Source: an uncultured bacterium
Lineage (GTDB): Bacteria; Edwardsbacteria; AC1; EtOH8
NCBI GenBank assembly: GCA_963780225.1
Contig: CAWAAX010000022.1
Coordinates: 1 to 45,327, forward strand
Direction: 5' to 3'
Length of the DNA stretch: 45,327 bases
Made by a program: the position numbers and the translations under genes. Each line of letters starts with the position of its first letter. Positions within the stretch are counted from its first letter, which is position 1. Positions 29,637 through 39,377 of the stretch are shown here, piece by piece. Below the pieces are notes generated by a model. The model searched no databases. It worked only from the letters and a program-made list of their open reading frames with translations, and was not told the DNA's origin.

Positions 29637-31733
29637 TTACTCAAACTCTTTTCCGTGCTGCAGCTGGTACAGGTTGTAGTAGATCCCGCGTTTCTTCAAT
29701 AGTTCCTGGTGGGTGCCCACCTCCTTGATCTGCCCCTTGTGCAGCACGTAGATCCGGTCCACGTGCTTGATGGTCGATAATCTATGGGCGATGACGATGG
29801 AGGTCCGCCCCCGCATCAAAATATCCAGGGCGTCCTGGATCAGCTTCTCGGTGGCCGAGTCGATGTTGGCGGTGGCCTCGTCCAGCACCAGCACCGGCGG
29901 GTCAAAGGCCAGGGCCCTGGCAAACGACAGCAGCTGACGCTCTCCGGACGAAAGGGTCACGCCACGTTCCTTGACCTCCTGGTCGTATTTCTGCGGCAGA
30001 CGTTCGATGAAGGTGTCGGCGTGGACCTGGCGGGCGATCTCCCTTACCTTTTCATCGGACAGATCTTTGTTCAGCCGGATGTTGCCCTTGATGTCTCCGG
30101 AGAACAGGAACACGTCCTGCATCACCACCCCCAGCGAGGAACGGAGGCGGGAAAGGCCCAGCTCCCGGATGTCGGATCCGTCCAAAAGTATCCGGCCGCT
30201 GGACACATCGTACAACCGGGATATCAGATTGATGATGGTGGTCTTGCCGCTGCCGGTGGATCCCACCAGGGCCACCTTTTCACCGGGGGCCACGGCAAAG
30301 GTGATGTTTTTCAGCACCGGCTCGCCGGGCAGGTATTCAAAGCAGACATCCTTGAATTCTATCTTGCCCCTGGCCCGTTCCGGTTCCGAAGCCGGGGGAA
30401 TGTCCTTTATGGTCACCGGTTCATCCAGCAACTGAAAGATGCGCTCGGAGCTGGCCATGGCCGACTGCAGAACTGTATAGCTTTCGGTCAGTTCCTGAAT
30501 GGGACGGAAGAACATCCTAAGGTAGGTGATGAAGGCCACCAGCACGCCCAGCGAAATGTTCTGCCGTATTACCTGTCCGCCGCCGTAGTATATGATCAGG
30601 CCCAGGCCGATCCCGGAGATCACCTCCACCAGGGGGCGGAAGAAGGACATCACCAAAACCTCCTGCATGGAGTACTTGAAATAGTCCTGATTGACCAGGT
30701 TGAAGCGGCGGATGCTTTCGGCCTGGCGCCGGAAGATCTGAATCACCCTGACTCCGGAGATGTTCTCCTGCAAGGTAGCGTTGAGCCGGGCCAGCCGGAC
30801 CCGGATCTGGCGGTAGATGTTGCGGGCCCGGATCCGAAAGAATACCGTCCACAGCGCGATGAATGGCAGTAATGCCAGCACTACCAGTGTCATATTAAGA
30901 TCGTAGGCCAGCAACACCCCCAAGATGGCCAGGGTCAGAAGAACATCCCGGAGCAAAACGGAGAATACCGAGGTAAAGGCCTCGTTGACGGCGTCCACGT
31001 CATTGGTGGCCCGGGTTACCAGGCGGCCCACTGGGTTGCGGTCAAAGTAGCGCATGTCAAGCACTTGGAGCTTGGCAAATACCCGGCGGCGCAGGTCGTG
31101 CATAAAACGTTGGCTGATCATCATCACCAGAAACACCTGCCAGAAATTCAAACCGAAGCTCAGCACGATCAACCCCAAAAACAGCAGTCCGATCCTTTTG
31201 ATCCCGGCAAAATCGCGGGCCCGCAGGGCAAGTATCTCGTCCGAGGATAATTGCTTCAGGTCGGAATGCCTTATCAGCACCACCTCTCCGTAGCGGGAAA
31301 AGATCCCGGGGTGGGCGGCCATAACAGGAAGGACTGTTTCCGGCCGGGGGAAATCCCTGAGTTTAAAATAATAGTAGGGAGTATTGTCGGCCAGGCCTTG
31401 CTTTTGCCAACGGGCCATCAGGTATCTGTCGCTGGAGGAAAGTTTGGAGACATCCACCAGCACCGTGTCGCCAGCCAGGCTTAAAGCCCCTGATACCGGC
31501 CGGTCCAGCACCGCCTTGCGCCCGGAGATGGTTATGTAGCGGTCGATGGCTTCCTTGGTAATGTGGGGCAGCACCAGCTCGAAGCCGGTTACGGCCAGCA
31601 GCACCAGCAGCGAAAGGGACAGCTTAAGCCAGTAGGGCTTTAAAAAGGCCAACAGCCGTTTTATCAGCCGGGCGTCGTAGATGCTGCCCAGGGCGGCTTC
31701 TTCGTGGAATTCGTGTTGTTCGTGAGGGGACAT
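29637..31733 (-). CDS. ABC exporter half-transporter (TMD-NBD), subunit with the catalytic Glu; long insert after TM1
   Basis: GSTGSGKTT, LSSGERQ, VLVLDEATA, IAHRLST; FDRNPVGRLVTR. Confidence 0.92.
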   Translation of the reverse strand: MSPHEQHEFHEEAALGSIYDARLIKRLLAFLKPYWLKLSLSLLVLLAVTGFELVLPHITKEAIDRYITISGRKAVLDRPVSGALSLAGDTVLVDVSKLSSSDRYLMARWQKQGLADNTPYYYFKLRDFPRPETVLPVMAAHPGIFSRYGEVVLIRHSDLKQLSSDEILALRARDFAGIKRIGLLFLGLIVLSFGLNFWQVFLVMMISQRFMHDLRRRVFAKLQVLDMRYFDRNPVGRLVTRATNDVDAVNEAFTSVFSVLLRDVLLTLAILGVLLAYDLNMTLVVLALLPFIALWTVFFRIRARNIYRQIRVRLARLNATLQENISGVRVIQIFRRQAESIRRFNLVNQDYFKYSMQEVLVMSFFRPLVEVISGIGLGLIIYYGGGQVIRQNISLGVLVAFITYLRMFFRPIQELTESYTVLQSAMASSERIFQLLDEPVTIKDIPPASEPERARGKIEFKDVCFEYLPGEPVLKNITFAVAPGEKVALVGSTGSGKTTIINLISRLYDVSSGRILLDGSDIRELGLSRLRSSLGVVMQDVFLFSGDIKGNIRLNKDLSDEKVREIARQVHADTFIERLPQKYDQEVKERGVTLSSGERQLLSFARALAFDPPVLVLDEATANIDSATEKLIQDALDILMRGRTSIVIAHRLSTIKHVDRIYVLHKGQIKEVGTHQELLKKRGIYYNLYQLQHGKEFE

Positions 31734-31793
31734 TGACTTTGGGATTAGTGATTAGATGATTGGGATCAGAGAATAATTAAGAGATGGTAGACA

Positions 31794-32126
31794 TCAGGCG
31801 TGCCGGTATTTTATGACCTTGACCTCCTCCAGCGTTACCAGGCCTTCCACCACTTGTTCGTCTATGAACGGCATCAAGGTATCGATCTTCTCCTGGGTGT
31901 CCACGATCTCTATGATCACCGGCAGGTCCTCGGAAAGCTCCAGCAGTTTGGCGGTGTGCAGGCGGCTGTCGGCCCCGAAGCCCAAAATTCCCCGGACCAC
32001 GGTGGCTCCGGCCAGGTTAAGCTCCCGGGCCTTGAGCACTATCTGCTCGTAAAGTGGCCGGCCCTGGCGTTTGTCGCTTTCGCCGATGAATATCCGCAGC
32101 AATACGGCCTGTTCCGGCAGTTTCAT
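31794..32126 (-). CDS. DUF190 (PII-like) protein, usual crcB neighbour
   Basis: LLRIFIGESD, LAGATVVRGILGFG, LSEDLPVIIEIVD. Confidence 0.9.
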   Translation of the reverse strand: MKLPEQAVLLRIFIGESDKRQGRPLYEQIVLKARELNLAGATVVRGILGFGADSRLHTAKLLELSEDLPVIIEIVDTQEKIDTLMPFIDEQVVEGLVTLEEVKVIKYRHA

Positions 32127-32136
32127 TTGAAAGCTC

Positions 32137-32520
32137 CTATCTTATGGCTTTTAAGAAAAAACGGGAGGCGTAAAGCCCGGCCGCCACCAGCAGCAGGCCC
32201 AGGATGGTGCTTAAAAGGATGTTGGTGACGAACAGTCTGATCTGGCCCTCGCGCAGCAGGTTCACAGATTCCAGGCTGTAGGTGGAGAAGGTGGTGTAGG
32301 CCCCGATGAACCCGATGGTGATGAAGCTCCGCAGGTCGGCCGGAATGACGGAGGTCTCGAACAGCTCAAAGAAGAAGCCGATCAGAAAGCAGCCGGTAAG
32401 GTTGACCGCCAGCGTGCCCCAGGGGAAAATGTCGCTGACGTTCAGATGGATCCATTTGGACAGCCCGTAGCGGGCCAGGGCTCCCAGGCTGCCGCCTAAG
32501 GCGATGTAGAAAATGTGCAT
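32137..32520 (-). CDS. crcB: Fluoride channel Fluc/CrcB
   Basis: GGSLGALARY, FPWGTLAVNLTGCFLIG, GFIGAYTTFSTY. Confidence 0.95.
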   Translation of the reverse strand: MHIFYIALGGSLGALARYGLSKWIHLNVSDIFPWGTLAVNLTGCFLIGFFFELFETSVIPADLRSFITIGFIGAYTTFSTYSLESVNLLREGQIRLFVTNILLSTILGLLLVAAGLYASRFFLKAIR

Positions 32521-32700
32521 GGGGGTTAGGGAATAGATATTAGGGATTTGATGATTGGGACGAGGTCGGAAAACGAAAGCAGCCCTTCGACGCAAGTCAG
32601 GGTAAAAATACCGAAAATGTAAATAGTAAAAGCCAAACAACAAACATAATCACGAATAACAATCAACTGTGAACAATAGGTACTTATCGATTCCGAGGCA

Positions 32701-33303
32701 TTACCGTTTCCGGGCAATCAGCTTATTTGCGGCATGATGATGTTTTAACCCGCCGGGGTGAGTGTCGTAGAAATCGTACGACTTAAAATATTCAATTGCC
32801 CAGTCGGAATAAATATCTTTGATCTCGTTTTCAGCAAATAAACCAACGAAATGTTCAGCTAAATCCCCAGGAACAGGCAAAGCATCGGTAAAAACCACGA
32901 TAACGTTAACGCCATTCACCCGGGTATGCGATTTCATGTCCCGGATAAACCTGGTCCAAGTGTCCCTTGTAACCAAGTGCAAAACGCCGTGGGAAATTAT
33001 CAGATCGTAATGACTTTTAAACTCATACTCGGCCAGATCTTGAACCCAGGCATTGATATTGATGCCCTTTTGTTTGGCGAGAACATTCAATTTCTCTATG
33101 CCGTTGGCAGAAATGTCAAAGGCGTCCACGGAAAATCCTTTTTCCGCCAGATACAGGGCATTTCTTCCGTCGCCGCATCCGGCGTCAAGAACTCTGGTGC
33201 CCTTTGACAGCGAGTTTGAAATTTCATAAACCTCCAGGCTCGGATTTCCAAAAGTTGTGGTCTCCATGTTTTTATAGGCTTTTTCCCAAAAAGGTTTGTT
33301 CAT
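32701..33303 (-). CDS. Class I SAM-dependent methyltransferase (TehB-like)
   Basis: VLDAGCGDGRNALYLAEKGFSVDAFDIS; YDLII. Confidence 0.88.
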   Translation of the reverse strand: MNKPFWEKAYKNMETTTFGNPSLEVYEISNSLSKGTRVLDAGCGDGRNALYLAEKGFSVDAFDISANGIEKLNVLAKQKGININAWVQDLAEYEFKSHYDLIISHGVLHLVTRDTWTRFIRDMKSHTRVNGVNVIVVFTDALPVPGDLAEHFVGLFAENEIKDIYSDWAIEYFKSYDFYDTHPGGLKHHHAANKLIARKR

Positions 33304-33353
33304 CTATGTTCCTTTTTTATGATTAACAATTAATTAACAAACAACGAATGAGC

Positions 33354-35102
33354 TCAGGCTTTCTCCAGCTCCCGTTCCAGCTGCTGCAGCTGGTGCATCT
33401 CGTAATATTTGCCCCGGCGGTCCAACAGCTCCTGATGTTTTCCCTGCTCCACTATCCGGCCCTGGTCCATCACCAGGATCAGGTCGGCGTCCATGATGGC
33501 AAAGATGCGGTGGGAGATGACGATGGAAGTGCGCTGTTCCAGTTCGGCTTTGAGGCTGTCCAAAATCCTGCGCTCGGTGTCGGCATCCACCGCCGACAGG
33601 GCGTCGTCCAGTATCAGGATGGGCTTGTTCAGCAGCAGGGCCCGGGCCAGGGCCAGCCGCTGCTTCTGGCCGCCGGACAGGGTCACTCCCCGCTCGCCGA
33701 TCACGGTCTGGTAACCCTTGGGCAATCCCAGTATCTCCTGGTGAACGGAGGCCAGCCGGGCCACCCGCTCCAGCTCGCCGTGTCCGGGCAGGGGCCAGCG
33801 CCCAAAGGAGATGTTCTCCTCGATGCTGTCGGAGAACAGGAAGCTGTCCTGGGGTACAAAGGCGAACTGCTCCCGCAGGGAATCCACGGTATATCCGGTG
33901 ATCTCCCGGCCGTCCAAAAGTATCCGCCCCTGCCGGTAGTCATACAACCGCATCAGCAGATGGGCCAGGGTGCTTTTGCCCGAACCGATGGTGCCGGTGA
34001 TGCCCAGCATTTTTTTAGGCTTCAGCTCAAAGCTGATATCCTGCAGGGCCGGGCGTGACTGATCCTGGTGGTAATAGGTCAGGCCTTCAACCTTAAGGTT
34101 TCCTGCAGCCGTATCCAGCTTTCCCGCATCGGGCAGGTCCCGGATCTGCGGACGGGTCTCGAATATCCGGTTGAGCCGTCCCTGCGAGGCCGCGCCCCGC
34201 TGAAAGATATCGATGGCCCGCCCGATGGCTATCATGGGCCAGATCAATATCCCCAGATAGGCCATGAAAGCCACAAAGTCCCCCAGGGAAATCCGCCCGG
34301 AAACGGCCAGACGCCCGCCCCACCACAGGGCGATGCCCTGGGAGAACGAAGCCACCAGAGTTATCAAGGGAAAGAAAACGCCCCAGACCCATACCAGCTT
34401 CATGTTCTTGTCCAGGTAATCGCGGCTGGCGCCGTCGAACCTGACGTTTTCCGAATGTTCCTGGACAAACAGCTTCACCACCTTGATGCCCGAGATATTC
34501 TCCCGCACCGCCTCGGTCAGTCCGGAAAATGATTTTTGGACCACCTCGAACCGGCGGCGGATGATCCGGCCGAACAGAGCCACGATCAGGCTTAAGAACG
34601 GCAGGGGGATCAGGGCATACAGGGCCAGCCGGGGGGAGAGGCTGAACATCAGGAACAGGGAGGCCAGGCCCAGCACCAGGATGTCGGTCAGGATCACCGA
34701 GCCGAAGCCCAGGGCCATCCGCACCGCGTTGATGTCGTTGGTGGCGTGGGCCATCAGGTCGCCGGTCTTGGTGGAGTCGAAATATACAAAGTCCAAAGTG
34801 CAGAGATGGGAGAAGAACTCGTCCCGCAGATGCCGCTCCACCTTGCGGGCGGTGCCGATCAGGAAGTAGCGCCAGAAAAAGCGCCCCAGGCCGATGGCCA
34901 GCGCCAGGCCCAGGACCCACAGTCCGTAGCCGGCCAGCCGGGCCGGGAGGGCTGTTCCGGCCGCCAGGTCGTCCACCGCGCGCTTGATGTACAGCGGAAT
35001 AACCAGCTGCAGCAGGTCCACCGCGATCAGGCTGATGAACCCGGCCAGCAGAGCCCATTTGTAACGGGCCAGATATTTTTTTAGCTTAAGGAGTTCTTTC
35101 AT
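33354..35102 (-). CDS. ABC exporter half-transporter (TMD-NBD), degenerate Walker B subunit
   Basis: GTIGSGKST, LSGGQKQR, ILILDDALSAVD (Asp in place of the catalytic Glu); TGDLMAHATNDI. Confidence 0.92.
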   Translation of the reverse strand: MKELLKLKKYLARYKWALLAGFISLIAVDLLQLVIPLYIKRAVDDLAAGTALPARLAGYGLWVLGLALAIGLGRFFWRYFLIGTARKVERHLRDEFFSHLCTLDFVYFDSTKTGDLMAHATNDINAVRMALGFGSVILTDILVLGLASLFLMFSLSPRLALYALIPLPFLSLIVALFGRIIRRRFEVVQKSFSGLTEAVRENISGIKVVKLFVQEHSENVRFDGASRDYLDKNMKLVWVWGVFFPLITLVASFSQGIALWWGGRLAVSGRISLGDFVAFMAYLGILIWPMIAIGRAIDIFQRGAASQGRLNRIFETRPQIRDLPDAGKLDTAAGNLKVEGLTYYHQDQSRPALQDISFELKPKKMLGITGTIGSGKSTLAHLLMRLYDYRQGRILLDGREITGYTVDSLREQFAFVPQDSFLFSDSIEENISFGRWPLPGHGELERVARLASVHQEILGLPKGYQTVIGERGVTLSGGQKQRLALARALLLNKPILILDDALSAVDADTERRILDSLKAELEQRTSIVISHRIFAIMDADLILVMDQGRIVEQGKHQELLDRRGKYYEMHQLQQLERELEKA

Positions 35103-35124
35103 TTGCCATATAAATCACAGTTAT

Positions 35125-35315
35125 GTTCTTTTCTTTTTGTACCGCCAAACAGAAAAGAACCAAAAGAAAAAGCTCGTCGCTTAAAACTCTCCAGGCGCTG
35201 CGCTTCTCGTTGCTGACGGGCTTGTCTGAACTCGGGCTTTGGCCAAGCCCTCAAACAGGCCAGACAAGCTTTTCCCGCCATCAACTGCGATGCTCACTGA
35301 TCGTTTTAACGCGAC
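35125..35315. repeat. Intergenic long nested hairpin element (MITE-like or structured RNA)
   Basis: Stems GTTCTTTTCT/AGAAAAGAAC, GTCGC-TTAAAAC/GTTTTAA-C-GCGAC, GCTTGTCTG/CAGACAAGC and GGGCTT/AAGCCC. Confidence 0.6.
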
Positions 35316-35341
35316 AACCGGGGTTGGCGCCTTAGAGCGTC

Positions 35342-38008
35342 CTATTTCCTGCGTTTAAGAAGTTTTTCCAGTTCTACCGCCAGCAAGATCGATGATGAGA
35401 CCGCCAGGCAGACCGCCAGATCAACCCCCCGGACGAAGGCCGTCTTGAATACAGGCTGGAGGAACGGGACATAGACCGCCGCCAGCTGCAGCAGGCCGGT
35501 GATCAGCACCGCTCCGTAGAGATAGGGGTTGCCCGAAGGCTTAAGGGCAAACAACGACCGCCGGTCGGAGCGGATGGCCAAAGCGTTGAACAGCTGGTAA
35601 AATGACATGGTCATGAAGACCATGGTTCGGGCTATGGTCTGGGACATCTGCTCCGAGTGGCCCATGGCCAGGTGCTCCCCGATGGCCCAGCGGAACATCC
35701 ACAGGCAGCCGGCCGCCATCAGCGTCCCCGAGAAGACGACCTGCTGCCAAAGCCCTCCGGCAAAAAGGCTTTCCTTGGGAGGCCGGGGCGGGCGCTGCAT
35801 TATGTCCGGCTCGGCCGGCTCCCGGCTCAGGGCCAGGGCCGGCAGAGAATCGGTCACCAGGTTGATCCACAGGATCTGGATGGGCAAAAGGGGCAGGGGC
35901 ATGTTCAGCATGATCCCCCCGAACATGGTCAGCACCTCGCCCAGGTTGGTGCCCAGCATATAGCGCACGAACTTGCGGATGTTGTCGTAGATCCGCCGGC
36001 CCTCGGCCACCGCCGCCACGATGGTGGCGAAATTGTCGTCCAGCAGGATCATGTCGGAGGCTTCCTTGGAAACATCGGTGCCGGTGATTCCCATGGCCAC
36101 GCCGATGTCGGCCCCCTTAAGGGCCGGGGCGTCGTTGACCCCGTCCCCGGTCATGGCCACTATCTGTCCCTTTTGCTGCAGGGCCTGCACGATCTTGATC
36201 TTGTCCTCGGGAGAGACCCGGGCGAAAAGCGAGATGCGGCCGATCCGTTCTGCCAGCTCTTCCACCGTCAGCCTCTTCAGTTCCAGTCCGGTCAGGATAA
36301 GCTCTCCCTCGCGGTAGATCCCAAGCTCCCGGGCCACGGCCAGGGCGGTGGCTGGGTGGTCTCCGGTGATCATCACCGGGCGGATGCCGGCGCTGCGGCA
36401 CAGCGCCACCGCGGCCCGTACCTCGTCCCGGGGCGGGTCGATCATGGCCGCCAGCCCCAGGAACTGCAGGCCGGCTTCGATCTCCGCCGGGGAAAGTTTT
36501 TCGGGCAGAAGGTCGATTATCTTATAACCAAAGGCCAGCACCCGGTGGCCGCCGTCGGCCAGGGCCTTGTTGATCCCGGCGGCTTCCGGGGGAAAGTCCA
36601 GGCACCGGTGTTCCAGATGGTCCAGGGCTCCCTTGACAAAGCAGACATACTTGCCGTCTTCCCGCCGGTGGATGGTGGTCATCATCTTGCGGTCGGAATC
36701 AAAAGGCAGTTCGGCCGCCCGGGGAAGGTCCTTTTCCAGAGCCTCGGGCCACAGGCCGGCCTTGGCGGCCATGGTCAGCAGGGCGCCCTCGGTGGGGTCG
36801 CCGGTGATCCGCCAGCTGTCCGAGCCGTCGGCCTTCTCCTGGAACAGGGTGGCGTCGTTGCAGAGGCAGGCGGCCTCCATCATCAGCCGGAACATCTCCC
36901 CCTGGGCCTTTTGGCCGTCCCCGGATAGAATGTTCCCCTCCGGCCGGTAGCCGCTTCCGCTGATCCCGTATTCCATTCCCCCGCAGAAGATCTGCTTGAC
37001 CGTCATCTGGTTCTGGGTCAGGGTCCCGGTCTTGTCGGAGCAGATGACGGAGACCGAGCCCAGGGTCTCCACCGCCGGCAGTTTCTTGACCAGGGCGTTC
37101 TTTTTGACCATCATTTGGACGCCCATCGAAAGGACTATGGTGATCACCGCCGGCAGGCTTTCGGGGATGGCCGCCACCGCCAGGGAGATGGCCGTCAGCA
37201 GCATGACCGGGACCGGAATGCCGTGCATCCATCCGGCCGCGAAGATCACCGCGCAAAGCGCCACCGTGGCCAGGGCCAGCACCTTGGCCAGTCCGGCCAG
37301 CCTTTTCTGGAGCGGGGTCTCCCCGTCCTTCAAACTTTGGATCGACCTAGCTATTTTGCCCAGCTCGGTGCTCATCCCGGTGGCCGTGATCACGGCCTTG
37401 CCCCGGCCGTAAACGCAGATGGTGCCCAAAAAGGCCATGTTGGTCTGATCGGCCAGGGAGACCTCCCGGTCAATTTCCCGGAAGGACTTTTCCGAGGGCA
37501 GGGATTCCCCGGTCAGCGACGATTCTTCGATCTTCAGCGAGGCGGCTTCCAAAATCCGGGCATCGGCCGGGATGCGGGCCCCGGCCTCCAGCAGGATCAC
37601 ATCGCCCGGCACCAGATTCTCCGAGGGGATCTCCATCACCTTTCCCCCGCGCACCACCTTGGCCAGCGGCTGGGAGAGTTTTTTAAGGGCGGCCATGGCC
37701 TGGTCGGCCCGGTATTCCTGCAAAAACCCGATGACGGCGTTGATCAGGGCTATGGCCAGGATCACGAAGGAATCCGTCAGGTCGTGGGTCAGGCCGGAGA
37801 CCACGGCGGCGGCCAGCAGCACTCCCACCATGATGTTCTTGAACTGGTCAAAGAATATCTTCAGCGGCCCGGTCCGCCTGCCCTCGCTCAGCTTGTTGGG
37901 CCCGTATTGGACCAAAAGCTCTCCCGCCCGGGTTTCCGAAAGGCCGGAATAGCGGTCCGAGCCGAGCTGGGAGATGGCCAGGTCCATGGATTTATTGTAG
38001 AATGACAT
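35342..38008 (-). CDS. Cation-transporting P-type ATPase (type IIA, Ca2+-ATPase-like)
   Basis: ESSLTGES, AIPESL, CSDKTGTLT phosphorylation site, KGA, MITGDH, TGDGVNDAPAL, QILWINLVTD. Confidence 0.95.
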   Translation of the reverse strand: MSFYNKSMDLAISQLGSDRYSGLSETRAGELLVQYGPNKLSEGRRTGPLKIFFDQFKNIMVGVLLAAAVVSGLTHDLTDSFVILAIALINAVIGFLQEYRADQAMAALKKLSQPLAKVVRGGKVMEIPSENLVPGDVILLEAGARIPADARILEAASLKIEESSLTGESLPSEKSFREIDREVSLADQTNMAFLGTICVYGRGKAVITATGMSTELGKIARSIQSLKDGETPLQKRLAGLAKVLALATVALCAVIFAAGWMHGIPVPVMLLTAISLAVAAIPESLPAVITIVLSMGVQMMVKKNALVKKLPAVETLGSVSVICSDKTGTLTQNQMTVKQIFCGGMEYGISGSGYRPEGNILSGDGQKAQGEMFRLMMEAACLCNDATLFQEKADGSDSWRITGDPTEGALLTMAAKAGLWPEALEKDLPRAAELPFDSDRKMMTTIHRREDGKYVCFVKGALDHLEHRCLDFPPEAAGINKALADGGHRVLAFGYKIIDLLPEKLSPAEIEAGLQFLGLAAMIDPPRDEVRAAVALCRSAGIRPVMITGDHPATALAVARELGIYREGELILTGLELKRLTVEELAERIGRISLFARVSPEDKIKIVQALQQKGQIVAMTGDGVNDAPALKGADIGVAMGITGTDVSKEASDMILLDDNFATIVAAVAEGRRIYDNIRKFVRYMLGTNLGEVLTMFGGIMLNMPLPLLPIQILWINLVTDSLPALALSREPAEPDIMQRPPRPPKESLFAGGLWQQVVFSGTLMAAGCLWMFRWAIGEHLAMGHSEQMSQTIARTMVFMTMSFYQLFNALAIRSDRRSLFALKPSGNPYLYGAVLITGLLQLAAVYVPFLQPVFKTAFVRGVDLAVCLAVSSSILLAVELEKLLKRRK

Positions 38009-38124
38009 GGTATTGAATGAAAAATATTTAACCTTTTATTATATCACTCAGGCCTCAAATAAGTCAACAAAATCCGGCTCAAATTAATGGCGAAGAAATA
38101 TATCCTTAAGCCCAGCATTTTTTA

Positions 38125-38153
38125 TTGATAAAACAAAGAATAATTGCTATACT
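38125..38153 (+). promoter_or_regulatory. sigma70 promoter directly upstream of lpxB
   Basis: TTGATA-17 nt-TATACT with an extended TG, ending 7 nt before ATG 38161. Confidence 0.6.
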
Positions 38154-38160
38154 ATAAACT

Positions 38161-39300
38161 ATGTCCAAGCTGATGATCATAGCCGGAGAAACCTCCGGAG
38201 ACCTCCACGGCGGCCAGCTGGTGAAGGAGCTGAAGGCGCTGGACCCCGGCCTGGAGATATTCGGGATCGGGGGCGACCGGATGCGGGCGGAAGGGATGGA
38301 GCTTTTTTACCATGTAAGCGAGCTTTCCTTTATGGGCCTGGCCGAGGTGCTGGGGCACCTGCCGTTCATACGTTCGGTGACCAAGAAACTGGAGGGCGAG
38401 CTGTATGCCCGGAAACCGGATGCGGTGGTGCTGATAGACTATCCCGGGTTCAACCTGCGGTTTGCCAGAAAAGTAAAAAAAGCCGGGATCCCGGTGGTCT
38501 ATTTCATCTCGCCCAAGGTCTGGGCCTGGGGCCGGGGCCGGGTGCGCAAGATCCGCAAATTCGTGGACAAGATGCTCTGCATCCTTCCCTTCGAGGAGGA
38601 GTTTTACCGGGGCCGACGGGTCAACGCCCGTTATGTGGGCAACCCGCTGATGGATGCCGTTAAAACCGGCCAGAGCCGGGAGCAATTCTGTAAAAGCAAC
38701 GGGATGGATCAAAAGCGCCATTTGGTGGGATTGCTGCCGGGCAGCCGCAAGCAGGAGATAGAGCTGATCCTGCCGGTGATGCTGCAGACAGCAAGGATGC
38801 TAAAGGAAAAGGATCCCGCCCTGCAGTTTGCCCTGGGCCTGGCCCCGGGCATGGACCGGGAACGGATAGAGGACATGATCGCGGTCTCCGGCCTGGATGC
38901 GGCCCTGATAGAAGGGCCGGCCTACGACCTGATGACCCATTCCCGGCTTTTGCTGGTGGCCTCGGGCACCGCCACCCTGGAGGCCGGGATCGCCGGGACG
39001 CCCATGATCATCATCTACAAGACCTCGGCCCTGACATACTTCATCGGCCGCCGGCTGATCAAAGTGCCGGACATCGGTCTGGTGAACCTGGTGGCCGGAA
39101 AGAGGGTAGTGCCGGAGTTCCTGCAGGACGAGGCCCGGCCGGGCGCGATATTCCTGATGGCCCAGGTGCTGCTGGCCGAGGGCCGTCCGCGGCAGGTGGT
39201 GACGGCGGAGCTGGCCAAGATCAAGGATATTCTGGGAGAGCCGGGGGCGGCCAAACGGGCGGCGGGGGAGATCTACGAAACTCTGAGCAGGAAGCAATAA
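38161..39300 (+). CDS. lpxB: Lipid-A-disaccharide synthase
   Basis: IAGETSGDLHG, IDYPGFN, SPKVWAW, ILPFEEEFY, YVGNPL, LLPGSRKQE, ASGTATLE. Confidence 0.97.
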   Translation: MSKLMIIAGETSGDLHGGQLVKELKALDPGLEIFGIGGDRMRAEGMELFYHVSELSFMGLAEVLGHLPFIRSVTKKLEGELYARKPDAVVLIDYPGFNLRFARKVKKAGIPVVYFISPKVWAWGRGRVRKIRKFVDKMLCILPFEEEFYRGRRVNARYVGNPLMDAVKTGQSREQFCKSNGMDQKRHLVGLLPGSRKQEIELILPVMLQTARMLKEKDPALQFALGLAPGMDRERIEDMIAVSGLDAALIEGPAYDLMTHSRLLLVASGTATLEAGIAGTPMIIIYKTSALTYFIGRRLIKVPDIGLVNLVAGKRVVPEFLQDEARPGAIFLMAQVLLAEGRPRQVVTAELAKIKDILGEPGAAKRAAGEIYETLSRKQ

Positions 39301-39377
39301 CAAGTATTCTGCATCAAGTAGACAGTAGCCGGTAAAACGGCAAGCCACAAAACCCAAACATCAAGCCACAAATCCCA

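Noticed and set aside
32521..32700. Fluoride riboswitch upstream of crcB
   Set aside because: No GGCGATGG..CGCC / GCTxATGAC pattern on the minus strand. The only hairpin belongs to the CTTCG..TCAGG repeat family.
29784..38005. Long antisense or overlapping ORFs (e.g. 29784-30872, 34093-35058, 35657-36928, 37115-38005, and 42284-43129 opposite speD)
   Set aside because: Shadow ORFs of GC-rich genes, with no recognisable motifs, and fully overlapping confident CDSs.
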